64,000 bases of DNA from a virus. The position numbers and the translations under genes were made by a program. How positions within the stretch are numbered: the stretch's first letter is position 1; each line of letters begins with the position of its first letter. This document shows positions 48,599 through 57,483 of the stretch, piece after piece. The notes under the pieces were generated by a model. The model saw only the letters and a program-made list of their open reading frames with translations, ran no database searches and had not been told where the DNA came from. The stretch covers positions 24,261 to 88,260 of the IMG/VR virus record IMGVR_UViG_3300032249_000373; one strand, written 5' to 3'.

Positions 48599-50797
48599 TT
48601 GAATAAACTCTTGCGTATATTTACAGTTTTATTACTTGCTTTTGGATGGTTATTTATAGCACCAACAGAGGCTAATTCTGACGACCCTCTAACAGTTGCA
48701 GCCCAAAAGATTCAAAACCTTAATAGTGCAGTAGATAAATTAGACTACAAAGACGGTTTAATAGGCATGATTGACATAGCAGAGAACAAGTTTATGTATG
48801 CTAAAAATCTGCGGGATGTCAGAGACGCTGCTCAAGAAGACTATGAAGATGCAGTAGAAGCAGAGGAACTAGCCTTAGAAGAAGTAGACCTTGCCCAGTC
48901 CAATGTAGATGGCCAAACAGTAACAGTAGAACTTGCCTTTGACCACAAAGAAGATGCTCTTCAAGAAAAGAATGATGCACAGGATGCTCTCAGCATAGCC
49001 AACATTAATCTACAAACAGCACAGTCAAATATGCAGTCTGCTGGAGGACAAGGTTTATCTTATACTGTTTATCATCTAGCAAGATCATTTGGTGGAGTAG
49101 CAGTACCCAGCGGGGTAATCTGTTCTGGTAATTGGAACTCAAACTCTATGCAACTTCCAGTTTGTGGAAACAGATATGAAAACTTTATAGTTAAATTTAC
49201 TGGACAGATAACAGTTCCAGAATGGTTCACATCAACAAAATTTGCAGGATATACAGATGATGGTTTTAGGATGTATATTGACGGAGCATTAGTTATTAAT
49301 AACTGGGTTGAGCAAGGAGCAACATGGAGTCAATACTCTCCAGTATATGATGTAAACACAGATAAAACATTTGATGTAGAAATTTGGTGGTATAACGGTG
49401 GAGGACCAGGATCTTATCATCTTGGATGGGGAATACCATATGATTCATCTGGAAGTTTAGGTTGGACTGGTGCAGGTTGCGACTATGCTGGAAATCCAAG
49501 AGTGTGGGGACAAAACTTTAGTTGTAATCTTGATACATTTTCTTCTGGATCTGGACCAACACAAGCACAAACAGATTCATATAATCAAGCACTTGCTACA
49601 AAGGCTTCAGCACAACAAGATTATAACAATGCGTTATCAGAATACAATGACAAACTAAATGTTTATAATCAAGAGGTCGCAACACTAAATTCATTAAATC
49701 AAACATTAACCAATAAAGAATCTGAGTATGATAACGCAGTAAATGATACAGCAGATGCTTTGTCTGAAAATAACAATGCCATAAATGATTTTAATAATGC
49801 AGTCAATGATGTCAATGGTGCAATTGATAACGCATGGCGTTACTATGATGAACAATCGCAAAGAGAAATTCAAAGAGCAATTGCACAGGCTGCAGCAGCA
49901 GCCGCAAATCAACCTAAGCCAGAGCCATCTACAAAGCCAACTGTTGAACCAGAAAAGCCAAAGCCTTCTCCCCCACCAACAGATAAGCCAGAGCCAAAAC
50001 CAACTAATAATACTGCTACAGAAGAGCCAGGTCCAAAGCCTACACAGCCAGGACCAAAGCCTACACAACCAGGTCCAAAGCCAGAGCCACCAAAAGAAGA
50101 ACCTAAGCCTGAGCCAACAAAGCCAGAAGAACCTAAGCCTACACCTGCACCAACGCCTGAACCAAAGCCAGAGCCTACACCAGGGCCTTCTGTTGAGCCT
50201 TCTCCAGAGCCTAAGCCACTCTCAAGACCAGACTTTAAGCCAGCAGAAAATATTGATCCAGTTATCAAGGATGCTGAGTTAGCAGCACTTATTCCACAAA
50301 AGGGTACAGGAAACTCAGAAGATTTATCTGGAGTTATTGCAAACCTTACAAGCAAGGATAATAAATTAGTTAAACTTTCTGTAGAACAAACAGCAGCAGT
50401 AAGCCAAACACTTAAGTCTTTGACTCAAGAAGCAAAGCAAGAAGTTGCAGCAGACCTTGGAATTTCTACAGCAGAAGTTGCAAAGGTGGCAGAGGCAATG
50501 AAATCAGATCCTGCAGTTGCTGCAGCATTTGTTGAGTTCGCAGATAGAGCAGGGGATGCAGGAGATACCCCAATGCCATTTACACTAGCAGACGCAACTA
50601 CAGAAGTACAAACAGAAGAATTCTTAGCAGATCCACTTGGAGCAGTATTTGAAGTGGATGTTACAGAACTCCTATCCAATTTTTCTGAGTTGGGTATGGA
50701 TATGACAGATGATCAGAGAGAAAAAGCGCAAGAAGTAATTGTCCCAGTGGTCATTGCATCACAAATTGCGGCATCAGTAATAAGGAGAAATAAATGA
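48599..50797 (+). CDS. Secreted/anchored PA14-domain protein with coiled coils and Pro-rich stalk
   Basis: Signal peptide; PA14 motifs FIVKFTGQITVP, YTDDGFRMYIDG..VINNW; long heptad regions on both sides; P/K/E-rich stalk; hydrophobic C-terminal helix. Promoter TGATATAAT 48568-48576. Confidence 0.7.
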   Translation: MNKLLRIFTVLLLAFGWLFIAPTEANSDDPLTVAAQKIQNLNSAVDKLDYKDGLIGMIDIAENKFMYAKNLRDVRDAAQEDYEDAVEAEELALEEVDLAQSNVDGQTVTVELAFDHKEDALQEKNDAQDALSIANINLQTAQSNMQSAGGQGLSYTVYHLARSFGGVAVPSGVICSGNWNSNSMQLPVCGNRYENFIVKFTGQITVPEWFTSTKFAGYTDDGFRMYIDGALVINNWVEQGATWSQYSPVYDVNTDKTFDVEIWWYNGGGPGSYHLGWGIPYDSSGSLGWTGAGCDYAGNPRVWGQNFSCNLDTFSSGSGPTQAQTDSYNQALATKASAQQDYNNALSEYNDKLNVYNQEVATLNSLNQTLTNKESEYDNAVNDTADALSENNNAINDFNNAVNDVNGAIDNAWRYYDEQSQREIQRAIAQAAAAAANQPKPEPSTKPTVEPEKPKPSPPPTDKPEPKPTNNTATEEPGPKPTQPGPKPTQPGPKPEPPKEEPKPEPTKPEEPKPTPAPTPEPKPEPTPGPSVEPSPEPKPLSRPDFKPAENIDPVIKDAELAALIPQKGTGNSEDLSGVIANLTSKDNKLVKLSVEQTAAVSQTLKSLTQEAKQEVAADLGISTAEVAKVAEAMKSDPAVAAAFVEFADRAGDAGDTPMPFTLADATTEVQTEEFLADPLGAVFEVDVTELLSNFSELGMDMTDDQREKAQEVIVPVVIASQIAASVIRRNK
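50027..50082 (+). repeat. 21-bp tandem repeat (PGPKPTQ x2 plus partial third copy) in Pro-rich stalk
   Basis: ccaggtccaaagcctacacag / ccaggaccaaagcctacacaa / ccaggtccaaagcc. Confidence 0.8.
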
Positions 50798-51021
50798 AAA
50801 TAATCAATAAAGCCATCAACCTGTTAGGAAAAATGCTCAAAGGATTAATCAAGTGGTTTAGAGACGCAGGAATGGAATTAATTGCACAGGCATTCACCCT
50901 CCTTGGCTTCTTTATCGCATGGCTAACTTTGACAGGATCAGCAAGAGACATCGTTGGTATTGCAGTATTAATAACAACAGTAATCTGGCTAATCACAATA
51001 CCACTACGAAAGGAAGAATAA
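50794..51021 (+). CDS. Small two-TM membrane protein
   Basis: Two hydrophobic stretches; coupled to the PA14 gene. Confidence 0.6.
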   Translation: MKIINKAINLLGKMLKGLIKWFRDAGMELIAQAFTLLGFFIAWLTLTGSARDIVGIAVLITTVIWLITIPLRKEE

Positions 51022-51305
51022 TGGCAGTTAAAAAAATAGTAGAACCCCCAAAGCAGGAGCACCCACAGAAAGCAATAACAAATATTCTAATGAGAATTCT
51101 TGCGGTATTTGCAGCATCAGGACTATCAGTCTTGGGAGCAGGAGCCGTAGTAGGAATTGACACAGTTCAGGCAGTTATGCTTGCAGGACTATTAGGAGTA
51201 GCAACAGTTATTGAAAGGCTGGCTAGGGCTTTTTTGGACGATGGAAAACTATCATTGGCAGAAATCAATGATGCGTTTAAATCAGTAGACAAAAAGGCTA
51301 ATTAG
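51021..51305 (+). CDS. Small membrane protein
   Basis: ATG 51021 overlaps the upstream TAA; two hydrophobic helices; C-terminal DDGKLSLAEIND. Confidence 0.6.
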   Translation: MAVKKIVEPPKQEHPQKAITNILMRILAVFAASGLSVLGAGAVVGIDTVQAVMLAGLLGVATVIERLARAFLDDGKLSLAEINDAFKSVDKKAN

Positions 51306-51323
51306 TCATATTTTAGACCTTGC

Positions 51324-51353
51324 TTGACACCCCTCCTGGGTAACTGGTATACT
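51324..51353 (+). promoter_or_regulatory. sigmaA-type promoter
   Basis: TTGACA (51324-51329), 18 nt spacer, TGG-TATACT (51348-51353). Confidence 0.7.
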
Positions 51354-51383
51354 TAAATATACCTAATCTGGGAGGGGTTTGTC

Positions 51384-51908
51384 ATGACTTGCATCGCTGT
51401 TGTACGCCATGAAGATAAAGTTTATATGGCTGGAGATCGTGGAGCATCAGATGATGGAACCATCCTAGCACTTGAAGCACCAAAGGTTTGGAAGATAGGC
51501 CCATACTTAATTGGGTATGCAGGTGCAATGGACGGAGAAAGAATCCGTTATAACTTTAAACCATCTGCACCTAATATTAAAGACACAGATAGATTTATGC
51601 AGACAAGGTTTGTTAAAGAACTAAAAGAATTTTATAACGAGTTCTGGGTAGACACATCTAAAGATGGAGACCTTGGTTTAATCATTTGTGTTCGTGGTCA
51701 AATCTATGAACATAGTTCTGCAGATATGTCTTTATCTAAATATAACTTGCCATATTTGGCTATGGGTTCTGGAGCAGAGTATGCCTACGGTGTTTTATAT
51801 GCAACAGATAAGCAGAAAAATGCAAGAAATAGAGTTATACAAGCAGTAAATGCTGCAATTAAATTTAATCCATCTTGCATGGGTCCAGTTGACATAGTGA
51901 GTCTTTAG
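51384..51908 (+). CDS. Proteasome-beta/HslV-like Ntn hydrolase
   Basis: Met-Thr N-terminus (Thr1 nucleophile), AGDRGAS, APKVWK (Lys33 equivalent), LIGYAG, AMGSG, A..AI...P..MG.V. Confidence 0.75.
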   Translation: MTCIAVVRHEDKVYMAGDRGASDDGTILALEAPKVWKIGPYLIGYAGAMDGERIRYNFKPSAPNIKDTDRFMQTRFVKELKEFYNEFWVDTSKDGDLGLIICVRGQIYEHSSADMSLSKYNLPYLAMGSGAEYAYGVLYATDKQKNARNRVIQAVNAAIKFNPSCMGPVDIVSL

Positions 51909-53560
51909 TGATTGTTTTAGGACTTCACTTTGGGCATGATGCATCTTTATCTATTGTAAAAGATGGAAAACTTATAATCTCTATAAGTTCAGAAAGAGTC
52001 ACTAGAATAAAAAAAGATACAAAAATAACTACAGAATGTATAGAGTATGCGTTTAATCTTGCAAAAATAAAATATACAGATATTGATATGATCTCTATAA
52101 CCTCATATAATTCACAACTTAGTTTTCCAGAGTTAAGCATTGTTAATAGTAATAACTTTGTAGTTCATCAAATTGAGCCAATATTTTATAATAAAATTCT
52201 TGAACTTACTGGATTCTTTTTTGGAAAAGAAGTTAGTGTTATTTCCATACCTCACCATTTGGCACATGCATCCTCATCATTTTATACTAGTAATTTTGAT
52301 GAAGCGATTTGTTTTACGCTTGACTCGTCTTCACCAGATATGCAATCCGCAAATAGTCTAATATCTATTGGCAGTGGCAATAAGTTAGAGTATATAGAAA
52401 CTTCTGGAAATATGGTAAGTCAAGTTTATACAGCATTTACCGCAGCACTTGGCCTAGGTGCCCCTTTTGCAAAGGCTGGAAGCACTATGGGTCTTGCATC
52501 ATATGGAGAGCCAGACATAAGAATTGTAAAAGATATTGATAAGTATGTAGATGAATCATACAAGGATATCGATATGTTTGAGTACTACATAAACCTTTGG
52601 GAAGATCTTGGTGGAGAAAAAAAGAATATAAATAGATATAACTTAAACAATACTGAAACATACTCAAATATTAAAAAAGACTATAACACTCGTTTTGGTA
52701 TTAAGATGGCAGCCACTGCTCAGTATATATTTGAGTCATCAATTATGGACACTATAAACAAAATAGTAAAACCTTACGGTTTAGAAAACCTATGCCTTGC
52801 TGGTGGATCTTTTTTAAATTGCAACATTAATTCAATAATAAGAGAATCAGATATTTTTAAAAATATACACCACTGTCCAGCAAGCGGTGATGATGGAATT
52901 TCTGCAGGATCTGCATTGTATGTTTCTCATAATATATTAAATGAAAAGAGACATATGTATTCAGCCAAAGAGATTGCGTATTCTTCAAAAGAATACCCAG
53001 ACTTTTTTGTTGACTATAAAAAAATTGCAAAATATATTGCAGAAGGAAAAATTGTAGCGTGGTTTATGAATGGGTCTGAATTTGGCCCAAGGGCATTGGG
53101 AAATAGAAGTTTGTTAGCAGACCCAAGAAATAAAAACAATAAAGAAATAATAAATTCTATAATTAAAGATCGTGAATGGTTTAGACCATTTGCTGCCTCA
53201 GTTTTAGAAGAAGAGTCTTATAAATGGTTTTATCCAAATAAGCCAAGCCCATATATGTTATATACATACGAGGTATTGAATCCAGATTTGGTGCCTGCTA
53301 TTACCCATGTTGATAACTCTTCAAGAATTCAAACAGTAAATAAACAATTAAACATTCATTATTATAATTTAATAAATGAGTTTTTTTTATTGACTAATGT
53401 TCCAATGCTTTTAAATACAAGTTTAAATGGTGGAGGAGAGCCACTAGTTGAAAAAGAAGAAGACGCTATTTCTTTATTTATAAAAAATGATGGAATAGAT
53501 ATTTTAATTATAAATGGAAAAATATACAAGAGAGAAGATTTGACACAGCCATTGTCATAG
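51908..53560 (+). CDS. O-carbamoyltransferase (NodU/CmcH/TobZ family)
   Basis: GHDAS, HHLAHASS, AGG..LN, EFGPRALGNRSLLADP, REWFRPFA, THVDNSSRIQTV, LNTSLN. Confidence 0.9.
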   Translation: MIVLGLHFGHDASLSIVKDGKLIISISSERVTRIKKDTKITTECIEYAFNLAKIKYTDIDMISITSYNSQLSFPELSIVNSNNFVVHQIEPIFYNKILELTGFFFGKEVSVISIPHHLAHASSSFYTSNFDEAICFTLDSSSPDMQSANSLISIGSGNKLEYIETSGNMVSQVYTAFTAALGLGAPFAKAGSTMGLASYGEPDIRIVKDIDKYVDESYKDIDMFEYYINLWEDLGGEKKNINRYNLNNTETYSNIKKDYNTRFGIKMAATAQYIFESSIMDTINKIVKPYGLENLCLAGGSFLNCNINSIIRESDIFKNIHHCPASGDDGISAGSALYVSHNILNEKRHMYSAKEIAYSSKEYPDFFVDYKKIAKYIAEGKIVAWFMNGSEFGPRALGNRSLLADPRNKNNKEIINSIIKDREWFRPFAASVLEEESYKWFYPNKPSPYMLYTYEVLNPDLVPAITHVDNSSRIQTVNKQLNIHYYNLINEFFLLTNVPMLLNTSLNGGGEPLVEKEEDAISLFIKNDGIDILIINGKIYKREDLTQPLS

Positions 53561-53568
53561 TATATAAT
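53540..53568 (+). promoter_or_regulatory. sigmaA-type promoter, probably leaderless
   Basis: TTGACA (53540-53545), 17 nt spacer, TATAAT (53563-53568), 6 nt before ATG 53575. Confidence 0.7.
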
Positions 53569-53574
53569 TATATT

Positions 53575-53763
53575 ATGGCTAACAAAGAAGATAATCTAGA
53601 GTTTGAAATATGGTTAAATAACGGAATTGAGCGGGGATGGATAACGGAGCCGTTCTGTAATACTCATGATGGGGATCCATACATGAGTGAAGAAGAGCAA
53701 GAAGAGTGGGAAGCAGGGGGCGACCCATGTCAAGTAGTAATTAAGATAAGGGGAGATCAATGA
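53575..53763 (+). CDS. Small acidic hypothetical protein
   Basis: FCNTHDG...GGDPC; follows promoter. Confidence 0.6.
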   Translation: MANKEDNLEFEIWLNNGIERGWITEPFCNTHDGDPYMSEEEQEEWEAGGDPCQVVIKIRGDQ

Positions 53764-54434
53764 AAATTAAAAAACTTTTAATAGCAGTCGTTTTAATGTT
53801 TAGTTCTATTCTTTTTGTACCAAGCGCTAACGCTAATTGTAGTGCTTTAGATCCATGTATTACATATGCAGAAGTAGATTCTTCTGGTACTGTGCTAAAC
53901 ATAATTGTGTGCCAGCCATCTGTCTGTGGTTCTAATGGATCTTGGGGTGGAAAACTGGGAAACAATAGGCTTGTTCCACAAGTAGCAGCAGATCCTGTTA
54001 CTCATCAAAATGCAGGTGGAGTTTTGAATTCTAGCGGTCAAAAGGTTACAGAGTCTAACGGCGTGTTTACAGTTCCTGGTGAAAAAAATACAGAAACAAA
54101 AACAGAGACGGTTCAAGAAGTTGGAGTTGTAACAACTATTTCAGCAACAATTAAAAACAATACGGACAAAGTTTTTACATATGAGGACACAAAGTCAAAT
54201 CCTCATAAAATTGAATATAAGTCTGCACCTGTTGGCGCAACTGTATCTATAGAAGAAAACGATGTAAATGATAGTTTTACTACAAAGATAGATCAAGACT
54301 TTTATGATCGTGTTACATCTGAAAACTTTGAAAAAATCTTAAATGAAAGTTATACTAATAATTCTAATATCTTAGAATTAATTGGTAAGTGGATGCAAGA
54401 ACTAAAGTCTATGCTTACTCTTTGGTTCTTGTAG
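53760..54434 (+). CDS. Secreted hypothetical protein
   Basis: Signal peptide ending ANA; 4 Cys (likely disulfides); T/E/K-rich. Confidence 0.6.
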   Translation: MKIKKLLIAVVLMFSSILFVPSANANCSALDPCITYAEVDSSGTVLNIIVCQPSVCGSNGSWGGKLGNNRLVPQVAADPVTHQNAGGVLNSSGQKVTESNGVFTVPGEKNTETKTETVQEVGVVTTISATIKNNTDKVFTYEDTKSNPHKIEYKSAPVGATVSIEENDVNDSFTTKIDQDFYDRVTSENFEKILNESYTNNSNILELIGKWMQELKSMLTLWFL

Positions 54435-54442
54435 GTATGTTT

Positions 54443-54515
54443 TGGTCTGTAACTCAGTTGGTAGAGTGCCGAACTGTTAATTCGGAAGTCGCAGGATCGT
54501 AGCCTGCCAGACCAG
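54443..54515 (+). tRNA. tRNA-Asn(GTT)
   Basis: Acceptor TGGTCTG/CAGACCA, D-arm ACTC/GAGT, anticodon arm CCGAA-CTGTTAA-TTCGG, T-arm GCAGG-ATCGTAG-CCTGC; CCA not encoded. Confidence 0.85.
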
Positions 54516-54520
54516 CAAAA

Positions 54521-54594
54521 GCGAGTGTTGCATAATGGTAGTGCTTCTGCCTTCCAAGCAGATGGTGCCAGTTCAATTCTGGTCACTCGCTCCA
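54521..54594 (+). tRNA. tRNA-Gly(TCC)
   Basis: Acceptor GCGAGTG/CACTCGC, anticodon arm TCTGC-CTTCCAA-GCAGA, TTCAATT T-loop, encoded CCA. Confidence 0.92.
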
Positions 54595-54596
54595 CT

Positions 54597-54668
54597 GGCC
54601 CTATCTTCTAGTGGTTAGGATACCAGGCTTTCATCTTGGTGAGCAGAGTTCAATTCTCTGTAGGGCTA
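54597..54668 (+). tRNA. tRNA-Glu(TTC)
   Basis: Acceptor GGCCCTA/TAGGGCT, anticodon arm CCAGG-CTTTCAT-CTTGG, T-arm CAGAG-TTCAATT-CTCTG; CCA not encoded. Confidence 0.88.
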
Positions 54669-54742
54669 CAAAAGTTTGATATAATATATAGGTACCTGCC
54701 GATTGGGGGTACATTAATTTATTCGCTTGAAAGGGGAATAAC

Positions 54743-55159
54743 ATGGTAACAAAGTACGCTATGGATCTATTCAATGATCCTTTTTTTATTGGCTTTAACA
54801 GAGAGTTAGGCCGTTTAAATACAGCACATAAAACAAATTCACAATCCTATCCTCCTTATGATCTTCTTAAACTAGATGAAGATACATATCAGATTTCGCT
54901 GGCTATTGCTGGTTTCTCAAAGGAAGATATTGATGTATCAGTAGATAATGGAACATTAATTATCAAGGGTGAAATTGTTGAAGTAACAGATGCAGAAGTG
55001 GTTCACAAGGGAATTGCTGGTAGAAAGTTTACCCGCACATTCGCTCTTGGTGAATATATGGAAGTAACTTCTGCAGAACTTAAGGACGGTATGCTACATG
55101 TTCATGTAGTACGAATTGTTCCTGAAGACAAAAAGCCAAAGGTAATTGACATCAAGTAA
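54743..55159 (+). CDS. hsp20: Small heat-shock protein (Hsp20/alpha-crystallin)
   Basis: YPPYDL, LAIAGFSKEDIDV, HKGIAGRKFTRTF.L, A.LKDGML. Promoter TGATATAAT 54677-54685. Confidence 0.93.
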   Translation: MVTKYAMDLFNDPFFIGFNRELGRLNTAHKTNSQSYPPYDLLKLDEDTYQISLAIAGFSKEDIDVSVDNGTLIIKGEIVEVTDAEVVHKGIAGRKFTRTFALGEYMEVTSAELKDGMLHVHVVRIVPEDKKPKVIDIK

Positions 55160-55274
55160 TCTTTAGGCTATAATAGTAGTATGGTATATTTGGTATTTTA
55201 CTAAATGTTTTATACTTATCTAAATGTCCTGAGTATGACAAAAACTGCTCAATAAATAAAAAAGGATGTATTAA

Positions 55275-55988
55275 ATGTCTAAAAAAATAAAGTTTAAAGA
55301 AGCCTGTGACGGTATAGAAGAGACAGTAGGCTTTCCAAAACCATCCTCAAAATACATTCCAGACTGGTTTAAGTCTATACCAGCAGTTAGGCATGTAAAT
55401 GGTCAAGTTAGAACTGGAAGAGCATCAAGTACCGTAAAAGCATGCCTGCCATTTTTAGATGCAATGTCTACAGGATACACTATTTCTTTAGGACAAGATA
55501 TTGAGGTTCAAGATAAAGATAACACAAAAAATCTTTTTTGGACAACAAACAGAGATCCTTTTTCACAATTTTTAGAAGCAGATTATCCAGAAACAAGGTC
55601 TGAAGGAATGCCAGTTCCACATGGATATGATAGTAATATTTGGAGAGTGAATACTGGAATAATCCCTATAGTTGATTCTGGGTGCAGCATACTTGTAACT
55701 CACCCTTTTAATAGGTATGATTTGCCATATCTTGTACTTAGTGGTGTTATTGATGCCGATAAAGCACATAGAACACTTGCTGCTAATATTTATATAAGAA
55801 AAGATTTTGTTGGAATTATAGATAAAGATACACCCCTATTGCAGATTTTTCCATTTAAAAGAGAAAATTGGAAAAAAGAAGACACGTTACACAATAAAAA
55901 AGAAAATTTAATTAATGATTGGAAACTTCTTTCAACAATTGAAAGATCTTATCTAAAAAATTTTTGGTCTAAAAAAACATATCAATAA
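55275..55988 (+). CDS. Hypothetical protein, possible dUTPase-like beta fold (paralog of 62449..63174)
   Basis: CLPFLDAMSTGY, THPFNRYDLP, GVIDAD, TPLLQIFPFKRE shared with 62449..63174. Confidence 0.55.
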   Translation: MSKKIKFKEACDGIEETVGFPKPSSKYIPDWFKSIPAVRHVNGQVRTGRASSTVKACLPFLDAMSTGYTISLGQDIEVQDKDNTKNLFWTTNRDPFSQFLEADYPETRSEGMPVPHGYDSNIWRVNTGIIPIVDSGCSILVTHPFNRYDLPYLVLSGVIDADKAHRTLAANIYIRKDFVGIIDKDTPLLQIFPFKRENWKKEDTLHNKKENLINDWKLLSTIERSYLKNFWSKKTYQ

Positions 55989-56001
55989 AAGGAGATAAAA
56001 A

Positions 56002-56646
56002 ATGGCAGCAAAAGGTAGTCTAGAAGCAATCATTGAGGTTGCAAAGAAAGAGTTAGGAACCATTGAAGGTCCTAAAGATAATGAAACAAAATACGGTGCA
56101 TGGATTAAGGTTAACTTCCAACCATGGTGCCAGTCATTTGTTTCTTGGTGTGCATTTACTGCGGGGGTAGCAAAGTTTCCAAAGTCTGCATCAACAGTTG
56201 CAGCATCAGATCAGTTTAAGAAAGAAGGTCGTTGGTCAGATGCTCGTAATGATGATCCAATGCCAGGAGACTGGATCTATTTTGATTTCCCAGAAGATGG
56301 CGTAAATCGTATTTCACATGTTGGTCTTTGCATTAAGAACAATGGTGATGGAACAATTCAAGTTATTGAAGGAAACACTTCAGGAACTGCAAAGGGAGAC
56401 CAGCGCAATGGAGGAATGTGTGTTGAGAAAACTCGTGGTTATGTAAAAAACAACAAGAAAAAGTTGGTTAACGCTGTAGTTGGCTGGGGTCGTCCAGTAT
56501 ATACTGGAGAAGAAAATGCTCCACTACTAAACAAGTTAGCAGCAGCACCAGCCAAGGCAACATCTGCAGATGCTGCTAAAAAGACTTCAACAACTCAAAA
56601 TATTAAAAAGTCTTCTGGTGGAAGCAAAGGAAACCAGGTTAAGTAA
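56002..56646 (+). CDS. CHAP-domain endolysin/amidase
   Basis: QPWCQSFVSWC (catalytic Cys), SHVGL (His), IEGNT; K/A-rich C-terminal tail. Confidence 0.85.
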   Translation: MAAKGSLEAIIEVAKKELGTIEGPKDNETKYGAWIKVNFQPWCQSFVSWCAFTAGVAKFPKSASTVAASDQFKKEGRWSDARNDDPMPGDWIYFDFPEDGVNRISHVGLCIKNNGDGTIQVIEGNTSGTAKGDQRNGGMCVEKTRGYVKNNKKKLVNAVVGWGRPVYTGEENAPLLNKLAAAPAKATSADAAKKTSTTQNIKKSSGGSKGNQVK

Positions 56647-56832
56647 TTGCCAGTATACGAATACAAATGTACAGGACAATGTTCTGAAGTTGTAATCAAA
56701 CAAAGATCTATTAAAGATACCGATCCAGGGTATGAGTGTGAAACTTGCACTCTACCACTGGAACGTGTATACTCTAATGTAACAGCAGTATTCAACGGTA
56801 GTGGATTTTATTCCACTGATAACAGAAAGTAG
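56647..56832 (+). CDS. FmdB-family zinc-ribbon protein
   Basis: MPVYEYKC..C...CETC...LERVYS...FNGSGFYSTD. Confidence 0.85.
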   Translation: MPVYEYKCTGQCSEVVIKQRSIKDTDPGYECETCTLPLERVYSNVTAVFNGSGFYSTDNRK

Positions 56833-56847
56833 CGGTATACTATGAAC

Positions 56848-57072
56848 ATGACAATGACAGAAGAAGTTGTTCAAAAAGAATGGCTATTAAAAGCAACAGA
56901 TCGTTGTGATTCTTGTCCATCAGAAGCACTTGTAAAGGTAACTGGAATGTCTGGAGAATTAATGTTTTGTGGACATCATTATAATAAAATTATGAACAAC
57001 CCAGAAGGATATAAAAAGATGATGTCTTTTGCTCTTACTGTTATTGACGAACGAGAAAAGTTGGCGGTGTAA
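56848..57072 (+). CDS. Small Cys/His protein of actinobacterial type
   Basis: L.ATDRCDSC...LMFCGHH; TATACT 6 nt before ATG 56848. Confidence 0.6.
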   Translation: MTMTEEVVQKEWLLKATDRCDSCPSEALVKVTGMSGELMFCGHHYNKIMNNPEGYKKMMSFALTVIDEREKLAV

Positions 57073-57075
57073 ATA

Positions 57076-57483
57076 ATGTATGAATACTATGTAAGAAAAG
57101 TAGAGAATGTAGTAGATGGAGATACCATTGACGTTCTTATTGATTTAGGGTTTGATATCCTATTTGCATCTCGTGTAAGACTGGCTGGTATTGATACTCC
57201 TGAGTCTCGTACAAAGGATCTTGCTGAGAAGGCCCTTGGTCTTGAAGCCAAGGAATATCTAAAGAAATCTTTAAAGGACGCTAAGTCTGTTGTGATTAAG
57301 ACTGAGAAGATGGACTCTTCTGAAAAGTATGGTCGTATTTTAGGCTGGGTATATGTAGATGGAAACACAGTATCTCTTAATGACATGATGATTAATGATG
57401 GTTATGCTTGGGGATATCTTGGAGATACTAAGGTAAAAGATTTTTCAGCACTTAAAAAGGCTAGACTAAAATCAGGTAAGTAA
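57076..57483 (+). CDS. Thermonuclease (SNase-like) nuclease
   Basis: VVDGDTI, VRLAGIDTPE, KYGRILG, GYA. Confidence 0.9.
   Translation: MYEYYVRKVENVVDGDTIDVLIDLGFDILFASRVRLAGIDTPESRTKDLAEKALGLEAKEYLKKSLKDAKSVVIKTEKMDSSEKYGRILGWVYVDGNTVSLNDMMINDGYAWGYLGDTKVKDFSALKKARLKSGK

Noticed and set aside
49706-50679. Several minus-strand and alternative-frame ORFs (G/S- or L/W-rich)
   Set aside because: Shadows of the Pro-rich repeat stalk of the PA14 gene.
54350-54595. Minus-strand 81-aa ORF (MERVTRIELAPSAWKAEALP...)
   Set aside because: Classic spurious translation of the reverse complement of tRNA genes.
55228-55275. preQ1-like hairpin plus A-rich tail (GAGTA-TGACAAAAAC-TGCTC-AATAAATAAAAAAGG) after hsp20
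   Set aside because: Only a 5-bp stem, the loop lacks recognisable ligand-binding residues, and the downstream gene is not queuosine-related. An Infernal search would be needed to revive it.
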